A stretch of 64,000 nt of DNA from Nitrospirota bacterium. GTDB lineage: Bacteria; Nitrospirota; UBA9217. The notes beneath the pieces were generated by a model. It searched no databases and was not told where the DNA came from. It worked only from the letters and a program-made list of their open reading frames with translations. The stretch is from assembly GCA_963663225.1 (NCBI GenBank), contig OY760142.1, positions 3,008,001-3,072,000 of the forward strand. Reading direction: 5' to 3'. The position numbers and the translations under genes are program-made. This document shows, one piece after another, positions 9,621 to 18,735 of this stretch (position 1 is the first letter of the stretch; the number at the start of each line of letters is the position of its first letter).

Positions 9621-11596
9621 CTCAGCACCACCCCGAACATTAACAGAATTATTGCAAGTGCAGTCAGGTTCATTACGAGGGTAAGCTTGTCTTCCCCGAA
9701 ATATCCCTGGAAATAGTAGTTGCGGACGATCACATCAGCGGGTTTTTCACCAGGGCCGGTAAATTGAAGGCCCCGGATGTCCGCATCGACATTTTCACCG
9801 CACAAATACGGTGTTCTCACTTCATCCAGGCGTGTTCTCCTCAGGTAGAACAGTATTGCGACAAGAAGCACACCAAGAATAACAAAGACCGACAGAACGG
9901 CAAAACCGCCGACGATATTGCCATTCCAGGCCTGGAGCCAAATGCCGCCGTCTTGGCCGCCAAGGAGGATGACTTTATCGGCAAGATGAAATGCCTTCAA
10001 CTGCGGGTCGATCAGCATGTTGTACATGGGGGCAATGCCTATACAAACGACGAAGACTCCGATCAAAAGCAGTGCCAAGGAAATAGAAATTGATTTCGCA
10101 ATCTTCTCCATTTTGTAGCTGGGCTTATAAGACATGGTAAGCACGATCCCGATCCACTTGACCCAGAACACGACGGTAAATGCAGCCCCGAGGACGATCA
10201 GGAACAGAACGAGGGGAAGATTAACTGCCGCCTCAATTGCAAGCCATTTGGTGATCATGACGCCGAACGGCGGAAGCAGCATGGAGACCGCACCGATGAC
10301 CATGATGATGGTCGTGTACGGCATTTTCTTCATGACGCCCTGCATGTCTTCAATGTTCCGGCTCCCGATCCCCTGCTCAACAGTACCGACGCAGAGGAAC
10401 AGCAGACCTTTGGATACGCCGTGGAAGATTATCAAAAGGATTGCGGCACCAAGAGCAATATAGTTGCCGATCCCGGCACAGCAAATGATCAGACCGAGGT
10501 TCGCGATGGTCGAATACGCAAGGACCCGCTTGGCGTTGCTCTGGCTGATGGCGATTGCCGAGCCGGCCATGAAGGTGAAGGCCCCTGCTATTGCCACGAT
10601 GTTGCCGAGCATGGTTCCGATATATGCCGGAGCAAAGCGAACGACGAGATAGACGCCGGCTTTAACCATGGTGCTGGAGTGGAGCAACGCGGAGACCGGC
10701 GTGGGAGCGACCATTGCGCCGAGCAGCCAGCTCTGGAACGGGAACTGAGCCGACTTCGTAAAGCCAGCAAAGCACAACAGGCCGATTGCCACCGGGAACA
10801 GACCTACGAACTCACCCGCGACAGGCGCCTTGGCAAGGTCCTCCACGGACAGGGTCCCCTTGGTATAGTAGATGATGATAATGGCAGCAATGAAAGCCAC
10901 ACCGCCCGTCAAGTTCATCCAAACTGCCCGGATGGCGTTCTTGATGGAAATTTCATTTTCATCATGCATGATCAGGAGGAACGAACACAGGGTGGTTATT
11001 TCCCAGAAGAAGTACATCCAGGAAAGATTGTTCGTCATGACAAGAGCGTTCATCGCTCCGAGGAAGCCGACAAGAACCATGAAGAACCTCGGCTGCTTTG
11101 TCTTTTCCAAATGGAGATGATGTTCGTGCTCTTTCATGTAGCCAATGGCAAACACGCTGATGATTGGTCCGACGATTGAAATGAGCAGGATCAAAACGAG
11201 AGATAAGTAGTCGATCAAAAATGCGGTTGCCGGTTCTGCTGGATGCATAAAGAACTCAAAAATAATAACCGGAATCAACTGCAGCGTCGTAAGCGTTATG
11301 ATAAGCGGTTTTTTCAGCTTAAAGCCGTAATAACCGATAACGCCCAAGAGCAACACATCCAAATACTTGATGATTTCGCCGACATTAAAAGGCAAGGCAT
11401 GTTCATCAATTCTGATGCTTCCATTGGAAGCCATCAAGAGCCTCGTAAATTCCCAGGCGACATAAAACAGCACCAGGGTATTTACTACGACGACAAAATT
11501 GCGCACGGCACTATTACGTATCACGTAACAGATCGCAGCGCTGAAAGCCGGCAACAGCGTGGCTAATGCCAATAGAACCAATACATAACTGTCCAC
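9617..11596 (-). CDS. echA: Ech hydrogenase antiporter-like subunit A (NuoL-like)
   Basis: FWEITTLCSFLLI, TKSAQFPF, AMVAPTPVSALLHSSTMVKAGVY; AAAGGAG SD before the GTG start. Confidence 0.94.
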   Translation of the reverse strand: MDSYVLVLLALATLLPAFSAAICYVIRNSAVRNFVVVVNTLVLFYVAWEFTRLLMASNGSIRIDEHALPFNVGEIIKYLDVLLLGVIGYYGFKLKKPLIITLTTLQLIPVIIFEFFMHPAEPATAFLIDYLSLVLILLISIVGPIISVFAIGYMKEHEHHLHLEKTKQPRFFMVLVGFLGAMNALVMTNNLSWMYFFWEITTLCSFLLIMHDENEISIKNAIRAVWMNLTGGVAFIAAIIIIYYTKGTLSVEDLAKAPVAGEFVGLFPVAIGLLCFAGFTKSAQFPFQSWLLGAMVAPTPVSALLHSSTMVKAGVYLVVRFAPAYIGTMLGNIVAIAGAFTFMAGSAIAISQSNAKRVLAYSTIANLGLIICCAGIGNYIALGAAILLIIFHGVSKGLLFLCVGTVEQGIGSRNIEDMQGVMKKMPYTTIIMVIGAVSMLLPPFGVMITKWLAIEAAVNLPLVLFLIVLGAAFTVVFWVKWIGIVLTMSYKPSYKMEKIAKSISISLALLLIGVFVVCIGIAPMYNMLIDPQLKAFHLADKVILLGGQDGGIWLQAWNGNIVGGFAVLSVFVILGVLLVAILFYLRRTRLDEVRTPYLCGENVDADIRGLQFTGPGEKPADVIVRNYYFQGYFGEDKLTLVMNLTALAIILLMFGVVLR

Positions 11597-11764
11597 TTTC
11601 TGCTCCTTTCAAACAACCGTATTCTAAATTTCTGAAAAAAATTTAGGTAATTTAATAATGCGGATAACGCCAAGTCATGGTACCGCCCTGCTCAAAACTC
11701 GATAACATCACCTCCCCCTCGGTGAAACCCGCAAGACTCTCTTTTTATTTGAACAAATCGACGT

Positions 11765-11793
11765 ATAATATGAAATTCCACAAAGGTTGTCAA
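11765..11793 (-). promoter_or_regulatory. sigma70-like promoter upstream of echA
   Basis: TTGACA-N17-TATTAT on the minus strand. Confidence 0.7.
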
Positions 11794-11945
11794 GAATAAA
11801 AACCCCTTCCAGACCGCGCCGTTGAACATTCGGAATGCTTCGAGCGTTTCTCCAGATAAAATAGACTCTTGCCCCGCATTATCGTCTTTGCAATGTAATG
11901 TGTAATGAATGAAAGCAAAAAAGTATTTATCGAAAATTCTAGGCC

Positions 11946-11961
11946 AGCAAGGAGTGTGCCA
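11946..11961 (-). promoter_or_regulatory. sigma54 (-24/-12) promoter upstream of echA
   Basis: TGGCAC-ACTCC-TTGCT matches the TGGCAC-N5-TTGCW consensus; AT-rich IHF-like tract just upstream. Confidence 0.7.
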
Positions 11962-12192
11962 GTGTAGAAAAAATTTATAGTATTTGATTTACAAGATATT
12001 TATGCAAGGAGTGCGACAAATGCGTATATAACAAAAATTATAACTATAACTTTTCAGTATAAATTTTGTCCGCTTCATAGTGGCGTGCATTTGTGAAGAG
12101 AATACCAGCAGGTCTGCGGCCAAATCATAATAGTAAAGTTACAGGCAGGCAAGCTAAGAGTGTCTGGATAGATCGTATATAATAAAAAAAAT

Positions 12193-14817
12193 TTAATTCT
12201 CGTGCCCTGTCTTTCTTTTTACAAAATCCACTTCCTCTTCCCGGTTTTTAATAAGCCCGTCCAATTTTGCATCCAGCAGTTCTGAAAGTAATTTTTTATA
12301 ATGAGGCCCGGGGGGAATTCCCATTGCTTTCAGACTGTCTCCGGTAAGTTCAATGCTGACACTGCGAAGGCGCGTAAGATACAGAGAAATATACTTCTTG
12401 GCCTGCTCCTGGGTCGCCTTGGCCATCATCAGAAGAATTGTTTCAGGGTCCAGAGGCAATAGAAGGTCGTAGACCCGGCTCGGAGGAATATCCGGATTTT
12501 TATAAAAAAGGTAGAGCACTTCACGATAGAGTTTTTTCGATCTTTTTGCTCTAGCCCGTATTTTTGCAGGAATGGAGAGCCGTTCGAGGACTTCTTCCGC
12601 CATCGGGTCCTTCATGGGGTCAAGAAAACCGAGAAAATATACGAACCACGCCTCAACCTTCACGTCGAGATAGAGAAGCTTGAACCAGGTAAGAGTGTCT
12701 TTGATATTCGCAAAAAGCTGCTCAGTCCCTGTAATTGTTTTCAGGTTCGCGTGAATGAACTTCAGGAGATCGAGGTCTTTCATGCGCTTTAACATTTTCG
12801 ACGGATCCGCTTCTGAAAGCATGAGGACCAGTTCCGTGTAGAACCGTTCACCGGTCAGCCGATTAAAGAGCTTCATATTCACTGCGGTTTTGATCAGGTT
12901 CAGTGTATGCTTGCTGATCCGAAAATCAAACCGCTGCTCGAAACGAATCGCGCGAAGCACGCGAGTCGGGTCCTCCACAAAGGAGAGATTGTGCAACACC
13001 CGGATCGTCCGTTCTTTAATGTCGCGCAGGCCGCCGAAGAAATCGATAAGTTCACCATAGTTTTTGCGGTTTAATCTTACTGCGAGCGTGTTGACCGTGA
13101 AATCACGCCGGTAGAGGTCTTTCTTGATCGATGAAAGCTCTACGGTTGGAAGGGCCGCGGGCGCTTCATAATATTCAAGCCGCGCTGTCGCAATGTCGAG
13201 CTTGAGTCCGTCCGGTAAAACGACAATTGCTGTGCCGAACTTCTGGTGGCTCTTCATGCGGCCCCCGATTTTTTTTACCAGCATTCCCGCGAACGTGATG
13301 CCGTCTCCTTCCACGACGATATCAATATCCAGATTCTGCACACGCAGGATCAAGTCCCGTACGATTCCTCCCACCAGATAGACGGGAAAACCGACCTCGT
13401 CAGCTACATCCGCAACCGACGCAAGAGCATTATTCACTGCAGGCGGCAGGCGTTCTTCAATAAGCGCTTTAATATGCCTGACAGACTTGAGGGCGGCGTC
13501 CTCCGCATCGGGAACATATTCCAGTCTCTGCTCATGAAGAGACCGCAGAAGATCGGTCCGTGTTATAGCGCCCACGAGAGTGCCGGTATGATCAAGCACC
13601 GGTATAAATCGCTGGTGTTCCTCGATCATGATTCGTTCAACCTGCCCCATCGGCATTTCAGGCGATGCAACCGGACCTCCGCTGGTCATGAATTCGCCGA
13701 CTTTTTTCTTTCCCAAACCATGAAACAACGCCTTTTGAACTACTTCCCGCGTTATAATTCCTTCAAATTTATCTCCGTTCAAAACCGGCAATACGTTCAC
13801 GCTGAAGCGAGTCATTTCTTCACCGGCTTCAATAATCGTACTGATGAAAGGAACGGTCTTGACCGGCGACGTCATGATTTCTTTTGCGAGTTTGCCCGGT
13901 TTGACATGGTGCTTGAGAACATCAATAAGCCGTTCTTTTGCCTGCAGATAGGTCATGTCTTTGACTACTGCTGATGCCGCCATGGCATGCCCTCCGCCGC
14001 CGAATTCTGCAAGGATTTTCCCTGCGTTCACCTGCGGCGTCCTGCAGCGGCCGATCAGATACGTCTTGTCCGTCATCTGAACCACGAGAAAGAGCACATC
14101 CAGGTTTTCGATATCCATCATTTTTTGCGCCAAGTTCGCCAAATCCGGGACAAAATACTGGGTATCTGCCGCCGCCAGTACGACGCGCACACCGCCGATA
14201 TCGTAACTCGTCGCGGAGGCGACCAGATTGTTCAGAATTGAAATCTGCTCCGGCGTGAGTTCACGAGAGACAAAATCCGAAACGATATTCAGCATGGCGC
14301 CTTGCGCAATGAGGGATGCCGCGGCACGGGCGTCGCGCTCCGTCGTTGACAAATAGGTAAGAGAACCCGTTTCTTCATAGATACCGAGAGCGAAGATCGT
14401 GGCTTCCAGCGGACTGATCGGAATATTTTTTTCCTGCAAGAGCTCAACCATGATGGTGGTAGTCGCGCCGACCTCGCGCACAACTTCAAAATCTCCCGTG
14501 ATGTCCCCTGCAGCAGCGGGATGATGGTCATAAATGTGCACCGAAACACCCGGCCGATCCAGAACATCGATGAGTTTTCCCAGTCTCGCAGGAGTGCGGT
14601 TATCGACGATAATAAGACGGGAGACGCTGTTTACGTCGACATTTCTGAGGCGTTCAATTTCCATTGCATAAAAGGCCGATTCGAGAAAGAAATCCCGCAT
14701 GCTTTTTTCTTGGGACCCGGGGAACACCAGTTTGGCGTCAGGATAAAGTTTCTTTGCCGCAACCATGGAGGCAAGGGCGTCAAAATCGGCATTTGTATGG
14801 CTGGTGATAATTTCCAT
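12193..14817 (-). CDS. DHH-DHHA1-CBS-fused class II tRNA nucleotidyltransferase (A-adding or CCA-adding)
   Basis: HTNADFDA, YDHH, GGGGH, CBS pair, GGIVRD..DIDIVV, RRDFTVN, EDPTRVLRAIRF. Confidence 0.88.
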   Translation of the reverse strand: MEIITSHTNADFDALASMVAAKKLYPDAKLVFPGSQEKSMRDFFLESAFYAMEIERLRNVDVNSVSRLIIVDNRTPARLGKLIDVLDRPGVSVHIYDHHPAAAGDITGDFEVVREVGATTTIMVELLQEKNIPISPLEATIFALGIYEETGSLTYLSTTERDARAAASLIAQGAMLNIVSDFVSRELTPEQISILNNLVASATSYDIGGVRVVLAAADTQYFVPDLANLAQKMMDIENLDVLFLVVQMTDKTYLIGRCRTPQVNAGKILAEFGGGGHAMAASAVVKDMTYLQAKERLIDVLKHHVKPGKLAKEIMTSPVKTVPFISTIIEAGEEMTRFSVNVLPVLNGDKFEGIITREVVQKALFHGLGKKKVGEFMTSGGPVASPEMPMGQVERIMIEEHQRFIPVLDHTGTLVGAITRTDLLRSLHEQRLEYVPDAEDAALKSVRHIKALIEERLPPAVNNALASVADVADEVGFPVYLVGGIVRDLILRVQNLDIDIVVEGDGITFAGMLVKKIGGRMKSHQKFGTAIVVLPDGLKLDIATARLEYYEAPAALPTVELSSIKKDLYRRDFTVNTLAVRLNRKNYGELIDFFGGLRDIKERTIRVLHNLSFVEDPTRVLRAIRFEQRFDFRISKHTLNLIKTAVNMKLFNRLTGERFYTELVLMLSEADPSKMLKRMKDLDLLKFIHANLKTITGTEQLFANIKDTLTWFKLLYLDVKVEAWFVYFLGFLDPMKDPMAEEVLERLSIPAKIRARAKRSKKLYREVLYLFYKNPDIPPSRVYDLLLPLDPETILLMMAKATQEQAKKYISLYLTRLRSVSIELTGDSLKAMGIPPGPHYKKLLSELLDAKLDGLIKNREEEVDFVKRKTGHEN

Positions 14818-14862
14818 GATTTCTTTCGACCGCGCTTTTACGATCCGGCGCGAACAGCAGTG

Positions 14863-15744
14863 CTATCTCCGCGGGTGATATTTTTCATGTATCTGTTTTA
14901 ACCGCTCCCGTGAAACATGGGTGTATATCTGTGTTGTGGAAATATCAGCGTGTCCAAGCATGGCTTGCACTGCGCGCAAATCCGCCCCATTGTCAAGCAA
15001 ATGCGTCGCGAACGAATGACGAAGAGTATGGGGGGTAATGCGCTTCCCGATTCCTGCTTTGTCCGCATAGAATCGTATCCGTTCCCAAAACATCTGTCTG
15101 GTTATTCCCCGTCGCATGGAACTGATGAAGATATGTTCGGAAATTTTTCCCCGCAGCAGCGCCGGACGTCCCTGCGCCAAATACTGTTTGACCGCTGCAG
15201 CAGCGGTTTCCCCCAAAGGCACGCCCCGCTCCTTCGCCCCTTTGCCCAGAACAATGAGATATCCTCGTTCAAGGTTAATGTCCTTGATGGTGAGCCCTAC
15301 CAGTTCGCTTACCCGGAGGCCGGTGGCATACAAAAGTTCGAGCATTGCCTTATCTCGCAAGCCGATAGGAGTTGCCGAATCAGGCTGATCCAGAAGCACA
15401 TCCACGTCCGCGGAGGAAAGTGATTTCGGCAGACGGACCCAACCACGCGGTGCTTCTATATTCACGGTAGGATCCGTGTCCGCCAGTTTATCCAGCAGCA
15501 GAAACCTGTGAAAGCCCCTGACCGCCGAGAGGCAACGCGCTGCAGACGGCGTGGCAAGTCCTTCCGAGGACAAGTGAGCCAGAAAAGAACCTATATCGCG
15601 GGGCGTGATATCGTCCGGTTTTTTTGTTTTCATAAATACAAAGTATCTCTGCAAATCGCGTTTATATGAATCCACGCTGTTACGCGCAAGTCCCTTTTCA
15701 ACGGACAGGTATTCAAGATATTTTTTAAACAGAGTTTCTTCCAT
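14863..15744 (-). CDS. xerD: Tyrosine recombinase XerD
   Basis: LYATGLRVSEL, GKGAKER, TPHTLRHSFATHLL, LGHADISTTQIYTHV, HPR C-terminus. No IntI-specific insertion. Confidence 0.93.
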   Translation of the reverse strand: MEETLFKKYLEYLSVEKGLARNSVDSYKRDLQRYFVFMKTKKPDDITPRDIGSFLAHLSSEGLATPSAARCLSAVRGFHRFLLLDKLADTDPTVNIEAPRGWVRLPKSLSSADVDVLLDQPDSATPIGLRDKAMLELLYATGLRVSELVGLTIKDINLERGYLIVLGKGAKERGVPLGETAAAAVKQYLAQGRPALLRGKISEHIFISSMRRGITRQMFWERIRFYADKAGIGKRITPHTLRHSFATHLLDNGADLRAVQAMLGHADISTTQIYTHVSRERLKQIHEKYHPRR

Positions 15745-16083
15745 AACAGAGGCACGGCTGTCAATACCGCCTGAATTGCACAGTTGAATTTATTGTATGT
15801 TATTATTAAAAAAAAAGCAAGAAAATCAAGGAGAAAGAGGGGCCGAGGGTTTAATGAAAAAATCTTCAGAAATTATAAAACTTTATTACCAATACCAGTT
15901 CACATCATCACTGAAACAAAACTGTATTATAAAAATACATCCTGACCTGGTAAATAAGAGAAAATTTTGTATACTTATAAACAGATTACAAATACATTCA
16001 GAATTTAAGGGTGCGCTTCTGTTCAACAACAAGGTGATTGGTTTACCCGTGGACTCATAAATCGTTATTTAGAGGAGAACCTC

Positions 16084-16605
16084 ATGCGAAAAACCATCAC
16101 CATACAAATACTGATGATTGCCATTTGCATCCTGGCACTTGTGGAATGTGGAAAGACACCAAAAAATGTCGAAGAGTTGTCAAATAAAATCCGGGTAGTC
16201 AGCTATTTTTCCACGGGCGAATCAACAATTGCCAAAATAGAGCTCGATGGAGTTTTTGGCTATAACGAGGCCGTATATTTTTTCAGGGCGTCGCAGGAAA
16301 TGTCAAAGATATTAAAAAAAATGGCTGTGTATTTTCCGCACGACCAGGAGCAGGTGCTTTTTGTACTGAAGGCACAATTTGAAAATCAATCCGGAAAACC
16401 GGGGGAAAAAGTCGTGTTGGAAATCCCCTTCTCCATGTCCGAGGTTAAAAAAGTGAAGTTTTACCAGAGCAGCAGCTGGGATTTCCTGAACATATCCGAC
16501 CAGATTAAATATACTCACCCGGTTGGCCGGAACATCATTCGTTCTTTTTGCAATGAAGAAAAAAATGGAAAATACGCGCAACATTTTTGTCTGTCATCCC
16601 TGTAA
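16084..16605 (+). CDS. Hypothetical exported protein or lipoprotein
   Basis: GAGGAG SD; hydrophobic N-terminus ending LVEC (non-canonical lipobox); no recognised domain. Confidence 0.7.
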   Translation: MRKTITIQILMIAICILALVECGKTPKNVEELSNKIRVVSYFSTGESTIAKIELDGVFGYNEAVYFFRASQEMSKILKKMAVYFPHDQEQVLFVLKAQFENQSGKPGEKVVLEIPFSMSEVKKVKFYQSSSWDFLNISDQIKYTHPVGRNIIRSFCNEEKNGKYAQHFCLSSL

Positions 16606-16725
16606 AGCTGACCGCCGCCTGCACAAGAAACTCGGGACGATCGGATTGAACGATTACAAGAGATGATTGTTGCGCATGCCGTACTCGTTTTTCCCCTCAT
16701 GCTTCTCTCTTCGTATAATATACTC

Positions 16726-16754
16726 TTGCTATCTGTAATGCCCTGTTGTATCAT
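16726..16754 (+). promoter_or_regulatory. sigma70-like promoter of the radical SAM gene
   Basis: TTGCTA-N17-TATCAT; supports a start at TTG 16779. Confidence 0.5.
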
Positions 16755-16778
16755 CAGCGACATACGAAAGGGATTTTT

Positions 16779-18233
16779 TTGCCGCCGAAAAAGAAAATAC
16801 TGCTCGTCCATCCTCTGGGAGAAAACGCGACACCGGGCTCACAAAACATCACCCGTGTCGTAAACATCATGCCTCCTCTGGGTCTGCTGTCGCTTGCAGC
16901 CTGGCTGGATCAGTACGGACATCAGGCCCATATTCATGACTGCTATGCATTTCCCGGCCTGGATGAGAAAATCTTTTCCTACCTGAAAGAACAGCAGCCC
17001 GAGTTTGCCGGATTTTCCACAACCACGTCCAGTTTTCTGGACGGCATCCGCCTGGCAAAAAGAATCAAAGAAGTTCTCCCCGGGATAAAAATTATCTTCG
17101 GCGGCGTTCATATGTCCGCACTGCGCGAACGGCTGCTTCGCGATTTTCCCGTCATTGATTATGGAGTGGTCGGCGAAGGAGAAGAGACCCTTCGGGAACT
17201 CGTAGAAGCAAATTCCGAAAAGCTGGGCACAATTGAAGGACTCATTTATCGTAAAAACAGTGATGTCATCTTTACCGGATATCGTAAAAAGCTCCTCGTC
17301 ATGGACACCTTGCCGTTTCCGGCGTATGAAAAGCTGCACGGTTTTCCAAGCAACTATCTTCTGCCCATATTCAGCTATCCCAAGTCGCCGAATACGACGG
17401 TCATCACGAGTCGCGGCTGTCCCTATACCTGTTCGTATTGCGACCGTTCGGTATTTCGTCGCACCTACCGGTACAATTCGCCGGAATACATGGTGAAGTA
17501 TCTGTTGCATCTGCAGGAGCGTTTCAACATAAAACATGTCAATATTTATGATGATACCTTCACTTTAAATCGAGACCGCGTAATGAAGTTCTGCGAACTA
17601 AAAATCAAATCCGGGCTTAAAAAAATGACCTTCAATTGCGCCGCCCGAACAGAGCAGCTTGATTTCGAGATGCTCACCATAATGAAAAAGGCAGGTTGCT
17701 GGATGATCAGCCTCGGCATTGAGACCGGGGACCCTGAGCTGCTCAACAAACACCGTTCGTACCTGCCCTCCAGCAGGATGGAACATCCGCTCGAAAATAT
17801 CCGGGAGATGGTCTCGCTCATTAAAAATGCGGGCATCCGTGTCAAAGGATTGTTCATGCTGGGTCTGCCGGGAGAGACCGAAGAGAGCGTCAAAAAGAGC
17901 ATGGAATATGTCTTCAGTCTTCCTCTGGATGACTTCAATCTCTCGAAACTGACACCCTTTCCCGGCGCGCCTATGTATTGTGACATCCGAGAATACGGAA
18001 CTTTTGACGAGGACTGGGAGCAGATGAACGCCTTGAATTTTATGTTTGTGCCGAAGGGATTTACCAGAGAACGCATGGAAGTTCTGCACCGGGAGTTCTA
18101 TCGCCGATATTTCTGCAGACCGGAAACGCTGTTGAATTATATAAAGATGGCATGGACATCTCCGGACAGCTGGAAGCGTTTTTGGCTGAATTTGCCGACC
18201 TTCGTGCGTTTCGCGCAGGGGCGGGGGAAATAG
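16779..18233 (+). CDS. Cobalamin-binding radical SAM enzyme
   Basis: PPLGLLSLAA B12-binding domain, GGVH, GEGEET, TSRGCPYTCSYC, GIETG, GLPGET. Start moved to TTG 16779 (AAAGGGA SD). Confidence 0.9.
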   Translation: MPPKKKILLVHPLGENATPGSQNITRVVNIMPPLGLLSLAAWLDQYGHQAHIHDCYAFPGLDEKIFSYLKEQQPEFAGFSTTTSSFLDGIRLAKRIKEVLPGIKIIFGGVHMSALRERLLRDFPVIDYGVVGEGEETLRELVEANSEKLGTIEGLIYRKNSDVIFTGYRKKLLVMDTLPFPAYEKLHGFPSNYLLPIFSYPKSPNTTVITSRGCPYTCSYCDRSVFRRTYRYNSPEYMVKYLLHLQERFNIKHVNIYDDTFTLNRDRVMKFCELKIKSGLKKMTFNCAARTEQLDFEMLTIMKKAGCWMISLGIETGDPELLNKHRSYLPSSRMEHPLENIREMVSLIKNAGIRVKGLFMLGLPGETEESVKKSMEYVFSLPLDDFNLSKLTPFPGAPMYCDIREYGTFDEDWEQMNALNFMFVPKGFTRERMEVLHREFYRRYFCRPETLLNYIKMAWTSPDSWKRFWLNLPTFVRFAQGRGK

Positions 18234-18327
18234 CTTCATGCCGTTTAACAGCTCGGCACATCAAAATTTCGGTTCAATTCTGAAAGAAAACGCCCCCAGC
18301 CCTTCACGAGAAGCGCCGAGCAGAACC

Positions 18328-18507
18328 TTACCTTCCGCGAATTTCGGCTATTTTATCACTCGTCAATCCTAACCAGTCTAAAAAACTTTGGTGCCTTTCC
18401 GGGTTTTCCTTCTCGAACAGATTATGCCATTTCAGCATCGCCGCATCATCAAGGCCGATCGTTCGGAACCGATTAATCCATTCTTCTACCGTTACCCTAT
18501 TTTTCAT
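18328..18507 (-). CDS. 59-aa protein resembling the C-terminal domain of a MerR-family subgroup (not in the ORF track)
   Basis: GAGGG SD, then MKNRVTVEEWINRFRTIGLDDAAMLKWHNLFEKENPERHQSFLDWLGLTSDKIAEIRGR*; followed by a hairpin and T-tract. Confidence 0.8.
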   Translation of the reverse strand: MKNRVTVEEWINRFRTIGLDDAAMLKWHNLFEKENPERHQSFLDWLGLTSDKIAEIRGR

Positions 18508-18735
18508 TTTCCCTCTTTTTCTTCTTCTCTTTTATTTTCGTCATGACCATGACAACAATACAACAACGTATGAAGGAGTAGATGAGTCAAGAGAAAATTG
18601 AAAATCACCAGAAAAAAATCTTGGCTTTTTTGCGTTCTGTATTACATTTTTTTTATTATTTGAAAGAAGAATTTAAGGGCATATACGTCGGTTAACAATT
18701 TTTAAAGTTGCTTGTTATTGTATGAAGGTATGAAA

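Noticed and set aside
11600-11790. NiCo or fluoride riboswitch, or Rex/CRP box, upstream of echA
   Set aside because: Only fragments match (GAGCAGG, GGTGATG, TTGTG..TTCATA); the remaining conserved elements or spacing are missing.
14863-15744. xerD as the integron integrase for the attC site
   Set aside because: It lacks the IntI-specific insertion, has canonical XerD motifs, and lies about 35 kb away.
15784-15811. dif-like stretch upstream of xerD (TGTATG-TTATTATTAAA)
   Set aside because: The XerC arm matches poorly and the XerD arm needs an indel; expected by chance in AT-rich DNA.
15797-16060. 87-aa AT-rich ORF
   Set aside because: No SD at the listed start and low-information composition; probably a divergent promoter region.
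18582-18695. 37-aa plus-strand ORF after AAGGAG
   Set aside because: SD spacing is only 3 nt, the ORF crosses homopolymer tracts, and it overlaps the likely promoter of the 59-aa gene.
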